DNA from: an uncultured Chloroflexia bacterium
GTDB lineage: Bacteria; Chloroflexota; Limnocylindria; Limnocylindrales; CSP1-4
Reading direction: 5' to 3'
Assembly (NCBI GenBank): GCA_963713975.1
Contig: OY970218.1
Coordinates: 224,001 to 288,000, forward strand
Length of the DNA: 64,000 nucleotides
Both the position numbers and the translations under genes were made by a program. This document shows positions 24,973-34,739 of the stretch, piece after piece. The notes under the pieces are model-generated. The model was given only the letters and a program-made list of their open reading frames with translations, had not been told where the DNA came from and ran no database searches. Each line of letters starts with the position of its first letter. Position 1 is the stretch's first letter.

Positions 24973-26505
24973 ATGACCATCGAACCCCGGCCATCCCTCC
25001 TCGCCCGCTATGGCGCGCCGGCCGTCGTCTTCGCCGTCGCGCTCGTCCTGTACCTGCAGACGCTCCTGCCCGGGATGGCGTTCGATGACTGGGGCGAGAT
25101 GCAGACGGTGCCCCACGTCCTGGGGATCGCCCACCCCACCGGCTACCCCACGTACGTGCTCGCCGCCTGGCTGTTCGAGCTGCTGCCGATAGGTGACGTC
25201 GCCTTCAGGGCCAACCTCCTCGCGGCGGTGTGCGTCGCCCTGGCCCTGGCCGTCGCCACGTCCGTCCAGCAGCGGCTCGGGGTGCACCCGGCCATCGCTG
25301 CCGTGGCGTCGCTGGCCACGGGGGCCGTCGCCACGGTCTGGACCTCCGCCACGGTGGCCGAGGTCAACCCGCTCCACCTGCTGTTCATCGCCCTGCTCCT
25401 GGACCGGTCCCTGGCCTGGGCGGACGGGCGGCAGCTGCGGGACCTGGCGCTGGGCGGGCTCCTCATCGGCCTGTCGCTGGGGAACCACGCGCTGACCGCG
25501 TTCGTGGCGCCATACCTCGTGCTGTACGTCCTGTGGTCCGGGCGGGAGACGCTGCGGGCCAACCCGCACTGGCTGCTCGCACCCGTCCTGACGCTCCTCG
25601 CCGGGATCTCCGTGTACCTCTACATCCCGATTGCCGCATCCTTCTCGCCGCCGCTCGTCTACAACAACCCGGTCACGTGGGACGCTTTCCGATTCCTGGT
25701 CACCGGCGAGCAGTTCCGCGGCCAGTACCAGGGCCTCCTCACCGGGGACGGGGTGCGGACCTCCCTCTCGTCGCTCACGGCGCTGTGGTCGCTGCTGGTG
25801 GCGACGGGGTCGGCGGTGCTGCCGCTGCTGGGTATCGCGGGGGCTGTCGTCCTTGCCCGCCGGCGGCCCGCCTTCGCCGCGGCGCTGGTTGCGATCGTGC
25901 TGACCATCTTCCACGTGTGGGCCAACTACCTGCGGCTCGAGCACTACCTGCTGGTGCCGTGGCTGGTCATCGGGATCCTGGCGGGCGTGGCCCTCGATGC
26001 GGGGGCGCGGGCAGTCTCGCGGGTCCTGCCATCACGGTCGCGCCCGCTGCCGGCGGGCGTTGCGGCGATCCTGGGCGGCGTGCTGGTGGCGGTGCTGGTG
26101 ACGTCGAACCTGCCGGTCGTGGACCGGAGTGGCGATCGGAGCGCGGACGCCTACGTCGACGAGGTGTTCGCGGCGCTGCCTGCGGATGCGGCGATCCTGA
26201 CGTACTGGGGAGCGTCCGCCCCGCTGTGGCACGCGACGCTGGTGCAGGGCCGGCGACCGGACGTGCTGGTCGTCGATGACAGCAACATCGTGTACGAGGG
26301 CTGGGGCACGCGCGAGGCACGGATCGCGTCGCTGGCCTGCGAGCGACCCGTGTTCATCCTGCACCTGGGCGAGGACGGGCTGGTCCCGACACGGGAGGCA
26401 TACACGCTGACCGAGGTGGCGAGGCCCGTGGTGTCGTGGGGTGGACCCGTCGGTACCGCCCCAGCGCCGGTGTACCGGGTGGAGCCCACGGATGGGTGCC
26501 CGTAG
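24973..26505 (+). CDS. DUF2723 / TMEM260-like GT-C glycosyltransferase
   Basis: [25 protein letters not shown] and YLYIP motifs; many TM. Confidence 0.85.
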   Translation: MTIEPRPSLLARYGAPAVVFAVALVLYLQTLLPGMAFDDWGEMQTVPHVLGIAHPTGYPTYVLAAWLFELLPIGDVAFRANLLAAVCVALALAVATSVQQRLGVHPAIAAVASLATGAVATVWTSATVAEVNPLHLLFIALLLDRSLAWADGRQLRDLALGGLLIGLSLGNHALTAFVAPYLVLYVLWSGRETLRANPHWLLAPVLTLLAGISVYLYIPIAASFSPPLVYNNPVTWDAFRFLVTGEQFRGQYQGLLTGDGVRTSLSSLTALWSLLVATGSAVLPLLGIAGAVVLARRRPAFAAALVAIVLTIFHVWANYLRLEHYLLVPWLVIGILAGVALDAGARAVSRVLPSRSRPLPAGVAAILGGVLVAVLVTSNLPVVDRSGDRSADAYVDEVFAALPADAAILTYWGASAPLWHATLVQGRRPDVLVVDDSNIVYEGWGTREARIASLACERPVFILHLGEDGLVPTREAYTLTEVARPVVSWGGPVGTAPAPVYRVEPTDGCP

Positions 26506-26511
26506 GCCCGG

Positions 26512-27984
26512 CTACTCGGCGGGCTTGATCCCGCGCGGCTCGACCACCGTGACCACGACGACGCCTGGGGCACTGCCGAGGGCCGCGAACGACCCGGTGA
26601 CATCGTCGGTAACGTCGACGACCAGGGCCCAGCGGCCCACCTGCTCGGGCGCCGCGACGGCCGTGCGGACCCGTGCGAGCCGGCCCGGCGCCAGGGGGAC
26701 CCGCTGCACCTCGACGGGGGCCGGCACGGCAACCGTCCGGGCGCCGCTGTCCCCCTCGCCGGCATCGACCGCCAGCACGTCGAGCGGGATCCAGGTCGCC
26801 GTCAGGCGGGTGTCGAGGATCCGCCGTGCGGGCTCGTTCGGGCCGGGGCTCAGCACCTCGGCCCAGCTCTCGTCGCCCGTGTTCGCGACGGACACGGTGA
26901 CCTTCATCTGCTCTCCCGCCGTCAGCGTCGCGTCGCGGACGGTGAGCCGCACGGTCGCCCGCCGGGGACCCGGCACGAACACGGCCGTCGGCGCGCTCCG
27001 GGCAACGACCTTGCCGAAGCGACGGTCCGTCAGCGTCATGCTGGCGACGTAGGCACCAGGCTTCGCGGGCAGCGCCGCAGTGGCTCGCAGCGTCCTCCCG
27101 TCCATCCTGGCCGTCGGCCGAGCCGGCGCGGTGTCCACGCTCGCTCCCGGCTGTCGCGCTGCTGTCTCGGCCGCCACCACAAGCGGCGATGCCACGCGGT
27201 TGAAGGTGGCGCGGACATCGGTGCCGGGATACCGCCAGCGCCGTGGCGCGCGCAGCCGCCAGAGGGCCGTGACGGCATCCTTCGACACCCGGATCGAGGG
27301 CTCGGCCACCACGACGCCGGCAAACGGCGCGGGCTTGGCGGTCGGCGTGACCACGGCCGCCACCCGGCCGCCACTCGACCAGGCGAAGCGCTGGAGCGCC
27401 CAGACGCTCATCCATTCGCCACGCCAGTCGCCGTGGGCAAGGGGATCCATCACCCACACCCGCCCACGCCCGCGGTCGTACCGCTCCACGTACAGCGCGT
27501 GGTTGTCCTTCTTCCCCTTCTTCTTCCAGAACGCGACGTCCCACCGTCCGAACCAGCGGGGCAGGTCACCCTGGTCACCCAGAACGACGGCACCGGCACC
27601 CCGGCCCAGACGGGCGAGCAGCGCGCCCCATGTCAGCGTCCCGCCACCGCTCGCGGTCACGGACACGCGGAACCCCAGCCGGCGGAACGCGACCTGCAGG
27701 TCCCCCAGCGACGACCCGCCGCGCAGGTCGCCGGAGAGCCGCCGCAGTCGCTCGTGGCCCACGCGCACGTCGCCGTTGGTCCACTTGTCGAGCATCATCG
27801 CGGCCGATGCCCACATGCAGTCGATCTGGGGCTGGGAGTCGGTCTCGGTGACGAAGGCGGGGCGGTAGCCGGGCAACGGGCGCGGCGGCTCCAGGGCGGC
27901 CGCGGGTCGCGGAGCCACGCCGAACAACGTCACGAGGACGAGACAGGCAGTGGCAAGGGCTCGAGCTGGTCGCGTGATCGGCAT
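26512..27984 (-). CDS. Secreted C39-like papain-fold peptidase with C-terminal Ig-like domains
   Basis: Signal peptide ending AAA-LE. Q..DC..AS..M, NHALYV and VWVMDP give a Cys/His/Asp triad. V.NTGDESW Ig-like segment. Confidence 0.72.
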   Translation of the reverse strand: MPITRPARALATACLVLVTLFGVAPRPAAALEPPRPLPGYRPAFVTETDSQPQIDCMWASAAMMLDKWTNGDVRVGHERLRRLSGDLRGGSSLGDLQVAFRRLGFRVSVTASGGGTLTWGALLARLGRGAGAVVLGDQGDLPRWFGRWDVAFWKKKGKKDNHALYVERYDRGRGRVWVMDPLAHGDWRGEWMSVWALQRFAWSSGGRVAAVVTPTAKPAPFAGVVVAEPSIRVSKDAVTALWRLRAPRRWRYPGTDVRATFNRVASPLVVAAETAARQPGASVDTAPARPTARMDGRTLRATAALPAKPGAYVASMTLTDRRFGKVVARSAPTAVFVPGPRRATVRLTVRDATLTAGEQMKVTVSVANTGDESWAEVLSPGPNEPARRILDTRLTATWIPLDVLAVDAGEGDSGARTVAVPAPVEVQRVPLAPGRLARVRTAVAAPEQVGRWALVVDVTDDVTGSFAALGSAPGVVVVTVVEPRGIKPAE

Positions 27985-28176
27985 TCCCGGTGTCGGTCGG
28001 GCGGTGGCATCGCCGGCGACCTGCCGGGACACTGGAGAACCGCTGGAGTGCCTTCACTGTCATGCCGGGCCACCCCCGGGACCATGGTTCGGCGGTCCCT
28101 GCCCGGCCGCCCGATGGTCCCGGGGCCCGGGGCCGGGGGGCACCGGTGTCCACGGCGATGCTGCGCGGCGGATGCC

Positions 28177-29076
28177 TCAGGGCCAGGCGATGACCGCGTC
28201 CAACACCGTGACGCCGAAGCCGCCCTCGCTGTTCTCGAGGACGAGCCTCCAGGGGTTGGGAGCGGTCACGGGCAGGGTCTCGGAGACGCGTGTCGCCGGT
28301 CCCTGGTCGGTCAGCACGTGCCTCCCCGGGCCACCTTGCTCGACGAGGCTGATCTGGTACAGGAACGGGTGGCCGCCCCAGTCCGCATCAAGCGTCACGC
28401 CGCCGTCGGTCCTCGGGGTCACGACGGCCTGCAGGCCGTTGGTCACCGGGTAGTCCATGCCGTCGAACCTCGCGTTGGCGATGGCGATCGACGGCGCGGT
28501 GGCCGGGAAGGTGAGCGTCACGTCCACCAGGGGCGTCTCGATGCCCTCGCCTCGCAGTGTGACCACGAAGTCCGCCTCCTTCGTGGTCGTCTTCGCTGAC
28601 AGCCGGCCGTCCGCGCCATTGGTACAGCCGACCTCATTGTCGCCCTCCCGGAGGCACATCTCGGCGCTGCCCTGCGGCGAGGTGACGGCCAGGTCGATGG
28701 TGACCTCGCCGCCGCCCCCTGCCCGGAACGAGACGATGCGGTCCTTGCCGTCCGGGTCGAGTTGGGCGTCCAGCATGAGCTGGGTGATGACGATGGTGGC
28801 CGGCGGGGCCGACGGCGTGGTCGGCTTCGGCGTCGCGGTTGGCTTCGCGGTCGGCGAGGCCGTCGCGCTGGGGGACGGTGGGGTCGACGGTGCCTGGGTC
28901 GGTGACGGGCTCGCCGACGCCTGGGCAGATCCGGAGCCGGGTGCCGATGACACGATCGCCGCCGTGGGGCTGGCCGTGGTCGAGCCTCCTCCGCCAATCA
29001 TCGAGATGGCGAGCCATCCCGCGCCCAGGACGGCAACGACGACGACAGCGAGGAGGACCCGGTGCGGGAGGGTCAT
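28177..29076 (-). CDS. Membrane-anchored exported protein with Ser/Thr/Pro-rich linker
   Basis: N-terminal TM, SPSPTQAPSTPPSPSATASPTAKPTATPKPTTP linker, beta-rich domain. TACTAT -10 lies 6 nt before ATG. Confidence 0.82.
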   Translation of the reverse strand: MTLPHRVLLAVVVVAVLGAGWLAISMIGGGGSTTASPTAAIVSSAPGSGSAQASASPSPTQAPSTPPSPSATASPTAKPTATPKPTTPSAPPATIVITQLMLDAQLDPDGKDRIVSFRAGGGGEVTIDLAVTSPQGSAEMCLREGDNEVGCTNGADGRLSAKTTTKEADFVVTLRGEGIETPLVDVTLTFPATAPSIAIANARFDGMDYPVTNGLQAVVTPRTDGGVTLDADWGGHPFLYQISLVEQGGPGRHVLTDQGPATRVSETLPVTAPNPWRLVLENSEGGFGVTVLDAVIAWP

Positions 29077-29094
29077 CGGCCCATAGTAGGCGCG

Positions 29095-29598
29095 TCAGGC
29101 ATCCCGTGGCGGCGCGGCCCTGGCGAGGCCCTCGACCACCTCGACCCCCGGCAGGGTCAGCAGGATCGACGGCGGCGCGATCACCTTCCAGCTGCGACTG
29201 CCGCCACCGAGGACGATCCGGTCGCGCTCCATGACCGCCGCGTCAACCCAGACCGGGAGCCCGGCCGGCAGGCCGAACACCGTCACTCCCCCGATCTCGT
29301 GACCCGTCAGGGCCTGCGTCTCCTCGGGTGAGGCGAACGACGACTTGCGCCCGAACCGCGCCTTCACGACCTGGTTCACGGCCAGGCGATGGGTCGCGAG
29401 CACCACACACGCCGCGTACACCGGGGGCGTCCCCTTGCCCGCGACGACGATCGTGTTGGCGGAGTCCTCCGGCGCGAACCCGTAGGCGGCACAGAAGGCG
29501 GCCGTGTCCGCGAGCGCTGGATCGCAGGCGAAGAGCTCGTACGCATCGTGGCCGGCGAGGGCGGCCTCGAGCGTGGCGCGGTCGGGTTCGATCGTCAT
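29095..29598 (-). CDS. YbaK/EbsC aminoacyl-tRNA editing-like protein
   Basis: CDPALADTA, SANTI, TGHEIGGVT and GGGSRSWK motifs. Confidence 0.88.
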   Translation of the reverse strand: MTIEPDRATLEAALAGHDAYELFACDPALADTAAFCAAYGFAPEDSANTIVVAGKGTPPVYAACVVLATHRLAVNQVVKARFGRKSSFASPEETQALTGHEIGGVTVFGLPAGLPVWVDAAVMERDRIVLGGGSRSWKVIAPPSILLTLPGVEVVEGLARAAPPRDA

Positions 29599-29751
29599 GG
29601 CCGGGAACGGTACCGCGTGGGCGGCCGAGCCGCGTGGGCGGCCGAGCCGCGTCGCGTCCTGCCCAACGGTCGCCGCAACGGTCCGAACCTCCCCTACCCT
29701 TGTCGCATCCACCCCTGCCGCATCGCTCGCCGTGCCAGACCGGAGACCCCG

Positions 29752-31269
29752 ATGACCGAGCCCCGCATCCCGTCCAGCGCCGAGAGCCAGGCCGCGATCG
29801 CTTACCTGCACCCGCGCACCCAGCTGTTCATCGGCGGCCGGTTCCGCGACGCGGTCGGCGGCGCCACGTTCGTGACCGTCAACCCGGCCACCGGACAACC
29901 CCTCGCGGAGGTCGCGAAGGGCGGTCCAGCCGATGTCGACGCCGCCGTCGCCGTCGCGCGCGAGGCGGCGGACGACGGGCGCTGGTCCCGCCTGGGACCC
30001 GCCGACCGCAAGCGGGTCCTCGTCCGGTGGGCAGACCTGATCGACGCCGACGGCCAGCAGATTGGCCTGATCGAGACCCTGGACGCCGGCAAGCCGATCA
30101 CCGACACGGTGGGCCTCGACGTGCCCGAGACCGCGGGCTGCATCCGCTGGCACGCCGAAGCCGCCGACAAGCTGTACGGGCAGGTCGCTCCCTCGCCGGA
30201 AGGCACCGTCGCCACCATCACCCGCGAGCCATGTGGCGTGGTCGCGGCGGTCATCCCCTGGAACTACCCGGCCCAGATGGCCGCGTGGAAGCTCGGCCCG
30301 GCACTCGCGACCGGGAACACGGTCGTGATCAAGCCCGCCTCGACGACCTCGCTCAGCCTGCTGCGGATCGCCGAGCTTGGCGCCGAGGCGGGCCTCCCGG
30401 ACGGCGTGCTAAACGTAGTGACAGGTCCCGGTCACGTGGTGGGCGAGGCCCTCGGCCGCCACCCGGACGTTGACTGTCTGGCCTTCACCGGCTCCACCGA
30501 GGTGGGGCGCCGCTTCCTCCACTACTCGGCGGACACGAACCTCAAGCGCGTCCTGCTGGAGCTGGGTGGCAAGAGCCCGCAGCTCGTGTTCCCGGACGTC
30601 ACCGACCTCGCAGCCGTCGCCGCGAACGTTGCGGTCGCCATCTTCTGGAACATGGGCGAGAACTGCAGCGCAGGGTCACGCCTCATCGTTCACCGCTCGC
30701 TCAAGGACCGGCTGCTCGAAGCCGTCAAGGCGGAGCTCCTCGACTGGCCGGTGGGTGATCCCCTGGACCCCGCCACGCGGATCGGCGCGATGATCAACCG
30801 GGGCCACATGGAGACGGTCCTGGGCTACATCGAGGCCGGCCGGCGCGAGGGCGCCAGGGTGGTGACCGGCGGCGAGCGGATCCTGGAGGAGACCGGCGGC
30901 TTCTTCATCCCGCCCACCATCTTCGACAACGTCCGCAACGACATGACGATCGCCCGGGAGGAGATCTTCGGCCCCGTGCTGTCCGTGCTGGAGTTCGAGA
31001 CCGAGGCCGAGGCCGTCGCCCTGGCCAACGACACGCCGTACGGCCTGGCCGCCTCGCTGTACACCGGCGACCTCAACATCGCCCATCGCGTCGCGCGCGA
31101 CCTGCGGGCCGGCGTCGTGGGCGTCAACGCGTACGCGGAGGGCGACATGACCACGCCCTTCGGCGGATTCAAGCTGTCCGGCTTCGGCGGCCACGACAAG
31201 AGCGTGCATGCGCACGACCAGTACACCGAGACCAAGACGATCTGGATCCAGCTCGCGACCTCGGGCTGA
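29752..31269 (+). CDS. Aldehyde dehydrogenase (PuuC/gamma-glutamyl-aminobutyraldehyde dehydrogenase-like)
   Basis: PWNYP, FTGSTEVG, LELGGKSP, GENCSAGSR, EEIFGP, and DKS.HA.D.YTE.KTIWI C-terminus. Confidence 0.92.
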   Translation: MTEPRIPSSAESQAAIAYLHPRTQLFIGGRFRDAVGGATFVTVNPATGQPLAEVAKGGPADVDAAVAVAREAADDGRWSRLGPADRKRVLVRWADLIDADGQQIGLIETLDAGKPITDTVGLDVPETAGCIRWHAEAADKLYGQVAPSPEGTVATITREPCGVVAAVIPWNYPAQMAAWKLGPALATGNTVVIKPASTTSLSLLRIAELGAEAGLPDGVLNVVTGPGHVVGEALGRHPDVDCLAFTGSTEVGRRFLHYSADTNLKRVLLELGGKSPQLVFPDVTDLAAVAANVAVAIFWNMGENCSAGSRLIVHRSLKDRLLEAVKAELLDWPVGDPLDPATRIGAMINRGHMETVLGYIEAGRREGARVVTGGERILEETGGFFIPPTIFDNVRNDMTIAREEIFGPVLSVLEFETEAEAVALANDTPYGLAASLYTGDLNIAHRVARDLRAGVVGVNAYAEGDMTTPFGGFKLSGFGGHDKSVHAHDQYTETKTIWIQLATSG

Positions 31270-31353
31270 CGGGGATGCCGGGCGCACCGGGCGACCACGA
31301 ACATGGGCAAATCTAGGTAGAGTCCGGAGCCTACGCTGGATGCGTCCCGGGGC

Positions 31354-31402
31354 GCACGAGGAGGCGCCCACCCTTCCCCCCAGGGCGGGCGCCTCCTCGT
31401 GC
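31354..31402. terminator. Long hairpin between ALDH and haloacid dehalogenase
   Basis: Perfect 16-bp stem GCACGAGGAGGCGCCC/GGGCGCCTCCTCGTGC plus inner pairs. Confidence 0.55.
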
Positions 31403-31492
31403 CTCTCCGGTGCACCATGCGACGCCCGGCCGGCCGCAGTGCCCCGCCGGGCGTCGCGATTCACAGCCGTGGCGGGATGCTAGCCTCGAGCC

Positions 31493-32194
31493 ATGACCAA
31501 CCTCGACTTCGGGCGCTTCGACGTGCTGACGTTCGACTGCTACGGCACGCTCATCGACTGGGAGGCCGGGATCCTCGCCGGCCTGCGTGCCATCCTCGAG
31601 GAACGAGACGTCCGCCCGGCGGACGACGAACTGCTCGAACGGTACGCCCGTACGGAGGCGGCGATCGAGGCGGGCGGCTACCTGCGCTACCGCGACGTGC
31701 TGGCCCGCTCGGCGGACCAGGTCTGCCGTGAACTGGGCGTCGAACCCTCCGCGGCCCAGCTGGCCCGGTTCGGCTGGTCCGTCGTGGACTGGCCCGCGTT
31801 CCCCGACTCCGGCGAGGCCTTGGCGCGCCTGCATACGCGATTCTCGCTGGCCGTGATCACGAACTGCGACGACGACCTGTTCGCGGCATCGAGCGCGCGG
31901 CTCGGCGTCACGTTCGACCACGTGGTCACCGCCCAGCAGGTGGGCAGCTACAAGCCCGACCACCGCAACTTCCAGGTCGCCTTCGAGCGGATCGGCGCGC
32001 CGCGGGAGCGGATCCTGCACGTGGCGCAGAGCCTGTTCCACGACCACGTGCCCGCGAAGGAGCTGGGCGTGGCCACGGTCTGGATCGACCGCCGACACGG
32101 GCGGGTGGGCGGGGGTGCAACCCCAACGGCCCAGGCGACGCCTGACGTCACCGCGACATCGATGGCGTCGTTCGCGGACATGGCGCTGGGCTGA
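31493..32194 (+). CDS. Haloacid dehalogenase type II
   Basis: FDCYGTLIDWE, ITNCD, YKP and HVAQSLFHD motifs. TGcTAGCCT lies 6 nt before ATG. Confidence 0.92.
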   Translation: MTNLDFGRFDVLTFDCYGTLIDWEAGILAGLRAILEERDVRPADDELLERYARTEAAIEAGGYLRYRDVLARSADQVCRELGVEPSAAQLARFGWSVVDWPAFPDSGEALARLHTRFSLAVITNCDDDLFAASSARLGVTFDHVVTAQQVGSYKPDHRNFQVAFERIGAPRERILHVAQSLFHDHVPAKELGVATVWIDRRHGRVGGGATPTAQATPDVTATSMASFADMALG

Positions 32195-32252
32195 CGCCGC
32201 CCCGCGCGGCGCGGAGCCGATCCGCGGCCGGCTGCTGCGGGTCAGCTGCGGG

Positions 32253-32522
32253 TCAGCTCCCCGCGAGCAGGTCCACAACGCGCGGCTTGGCGCTCTCGGC
32301 CAGGTGTGCGTCCAGCATCCGCGATGCGGCCTCGACATGGGGGCAGACGCGCGTCCCAGCGAAGAAGTCGCAGTCGCACGTCCAGCCACCCTCGCCCAGC
32401 CCGATCACGTGGGTACCACCACCCGCATCGAAGGTTGCCGCAAGCCCGCCGATCTGAAGCCGGTCGTGCTCCAGGGCGTATCGATGTGCCTTCTCGGCCT
32501 TCGTGACGATGGTGCTCTGCAT
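32253..32522 (-). CDS. Small SWIM zinc-finger protein
   Basis: CDCDFF....CPH SWIM motif; K.EKA.RYA N-terminus. Confidence 0.8.
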   Translation of the reverse strand: MQSTIVTKAEKAHRYALEHDRLQIGGLAATFDAGGGTHVIGLGEGGWTCDCDFFAGTRVCPHVEAASRMLDAHLAESAKPRVVDLLAGS

Positions 32523-32894
32523 GCTGATTGGCCCTCGGCTCTGGTGGCGGCGGATCGGCGGGTGTCCCTCCATGGTCGTGCCGACGTCGCCGGTGGTCAA
32601 GCCCGGCGGCCGTGCGACCGGCGGCGGGCCGTCCCGGCGAGGGCCGGGGTGCTGATGGCCTGCCGGAACGGTACGGTTGGCCCCTCACCCGCCGGTTGCC
32701 GGGCCGTGATGCTACGCCGCGTCGATCCACCTTTCCCCGAGATGGAGCGACACCGGAGGCGCGGCCACGGGCAGGGCCACCGCTTCCTGCGGCATTCGTG
32801 CCGTACGGACGAGCGGCAATTCCACGGAGCTCTTCCCCCGAGCCGTGGGATCGCCGCTCGACTCCCGTCCAGCTCGTACCGGGGTGCACCGCGG

Positions 32895-32911
32895 ATACTC
32901 CCCACGGGTAT
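32895..32911. promoter_or_regulatory. CsoR/RcnR-type operator-like site
   Basis: ATAC-TCCCCACGG-GTAT: a G/C tract flanked by an ATAC/GTAT inverted repeat. Confidence 0.5.
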
Positions 32912-32923
32912 TGAGTTGGGGGG

Positions 32924-32984
32924 TTGTCAAGCGGCGCGCGATGGCCTAGACTACTGGTCCAATGGCGTGTCATTTGACACGCCA
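32924..32984 (+). promoter_or_regulatory. Sigma-70 promoter of the sigma factor gene with a perfect palindrome just after the TSS
   Basis: TTGTCA-17 bp-TAGACT (32924-32952); TGGCGTGTCA-TT-TGACACGCCA (32963-32984). Confidence 0.65.
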
Positions 32985-33096
32985 CTACGTGTGTCGGGTG
33001 GCGTGGATCCGGCACTCGCCCTGCCTGCGGGCCGGGCGGCTGGTCGCAAGTCCACGGACCGCACGGTCGGGTGCGGCACCGTTCAGCTGGAGCAAC

Positions 33097-34665
33097 GTGA
33101 TTTCAATCGATCCGTCTACCCCCGCCTCCGACAAGGAGGCCGAGCTCGCCGCGGCTGCCATCGAGCTGGACCCCGTGGCCGCCGCGCTCGAGGCCGATGC
33201 GCTGATCGCCGAAGATGCCAGCGCGGAGGTGCCTGCCGCCAAGGTGGCCGTCGCCAAGGCGCCGGTCGCCGCCCCCGTCAAGGTCGACGCCGAAGCAGAG
33301 CCTGAGCCCGTCCAGGCCGAGGTCCTCGACACGGACGACTCCGTCCGTCTCTACCTGCGGGAGATCGGTCGCGTGCCGCTCCTCACCGCGGAGGAGGAGG
33401 TCATCCTGGCCAAGGGCATGGAGCTGGGTGGCCAGGGCGAGACCGAGCCGTGGAAGGCCATCCTCGCCATCCATGAGTGGACGCTGCATCGCACCGAGCC
33501 CACCGCCCGCGCCAAGGACAAGCGCTACGTGCTGCCGTTCGAGGCGGCGTCGCACCGCATCGTCGAGACGGCGATCCGCTCCGACGACGCGCTCGACCTG
33601 CTGGTCACCGCTCCGCCGCTCGGCCTCGCCGACGCCCTCAAGAAGGTGGAGACGGACGGCCTCAAGGAGCGCCTCATCCATGCCGGCGACATGCGCTCCG
33701 TCTACAACGAGCGGCTGGACAGCGACACCTTCCTGGACCTGCTCAACTGGATCGAGGGCGAGCTGGGCCGGCCGAATGCCGAGATCCGCGCCAGCGCCGC
33801 GCTCAAGGACCTGCGCGAGTGGGCTCGCACCGAGATCGCCTACCCGGCGATCCAGCGCTACCTGGATGCGGGCAACGACGGCGAGACGCTCGACGAGCTC
33901 GGCCCGACGCTCAAGGCGCTGGCGAAGACCTCGCGGGACCACCTGACGTCGGCCAACCTGCGCCTCGTCGTGTCGATCGCCCGCAAGTACATCAACCAGG
34001 CCGGGATGGGCCTGCTGGACCTCGTCCAGGAGGGCAACGCCGGCCTGATCCGCGCCGTCGACAAGTTCGAGTACGAGCGCGGCTTCAAGTTCAGCACCTA
34101 CGCCACCTGGTGGATCCGCCAGGCGATCCAGCGCGGCCTCGCGGACCAGAGCCGGACCATCCGGATCCCGGTCCACATGGTCGAGACGATGGGGCGCGTC
34201 GCACGCGTCGTGCGGGAGCTGTCGACCCAGCTGGGCCGCGAGCCCACGAACACCGAGATCGCCGCGGCCCTTCCCGACGAGACGCCGGCGATGACGCCGC
34301 AGCGCGTCGAGGAGATCCGCAAGCTCGGCCGGGAGCCCGTCTCCCTGCAGTCACCGGTGGGGGACGAGGGCGACGCGGAGCTGGGCGAGCTGATCCCGGA
34401 CGAGGACGCGGTCTCCCCGCTGGACGTGGTCGCTGACCGCATGCGCCGGGAGCAGATCGAGCACGTGCTCGCCAGCCTCGACGGACGCGAGCAGCGCGTC
34501 CTGCGCCTCCGCTTCGGCCTCGACGACGGGCATGCCCGGACGCTCGAGGAGGTTGGTCGCGAGTTCGGCCTGACCCGTGAGCGCATCCGCCAGATCGAGG
34601 TCCAGGCGCTGCGCAAGCTGCGCCACCCCTCCCGCAGCCGCAAGCTCCGGGAGTTCGCCGCCTAG
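33097..34665 (+). CDS. RpoD/SigA-family sigma-70 factor with a large insertion after region 1.2
   Basis: [44 protein letters not shown] and [20 protein letters not shown]; GGAG RBS then GTG 33097. Confidence 0.93.
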   Translation: MISIDPSTPASDKEAELAAAAIELDPVAAALEADALIAEDASAEVPAAKVAVAKAPVAAPVKVDAEAEPEPVQAEVLDTDDSVRLYLREIGRVPLLTAEEEVILAKGMELGGQGETEPWKAILAIHEWTLHRTEPTARAKDKRYVLPFEAASHRIVETAIRSDDALDLLVTAPPLGLADALKKVETDGLKERLIHAGDMRSVYNERLDSDTFLDLLNWIEGELGRPNAEIRASAALKDLREWARTEIAYPAIQRYLDAGNDGETLDELGPTLKALAKTSRDHLTSANLRLVVSIARKYINQAGMGLLDLVQEGNAGLIRAVDKFEYERGFKFSTYATWWIRQAIQRGLADQSRTIRIPVHMVETMGRVARVVRELSTQLGREPTNTEIAAALPDETPAMTPQRVEEIRKLGREPVSLQSPVGDEGDAELGELIPDEDAVSPLDVVADRMRREQIEHVLASLDGREQRVLRLRFGLDDGHARTLEEVGREFGLTRERIRQIEVQALRKLRHPSRSRKLREFAA

Positions 34666-34687
34666 TCTTCTGTCCGAACAGACACAG

Positions 34688-34724
34688 AACGGCCGCGTCG
34701 CACGCCGACGCGGCCGTTTCGTTT
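34688..34724. terminator. Intrinsic terminator between convergent genes
   Basis: AACGGCCGCGTCG-CACGC-CGACGCGGCCGTT followed by TCGTTT. Confidence 0.8.
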
Positions 34725-34739
34725 GTCCGGATCCCGGTA

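Noticed and set aside
32677-32703. SAM-I-like fragment CCCGGCAACC...GGGGCCAA on the minus strand
   Set aside because: Lacks the 5' ATC.AGAG and GAGGGA..GGCCC elements, and the downstream gene is unrelated to sulfur metabolism.
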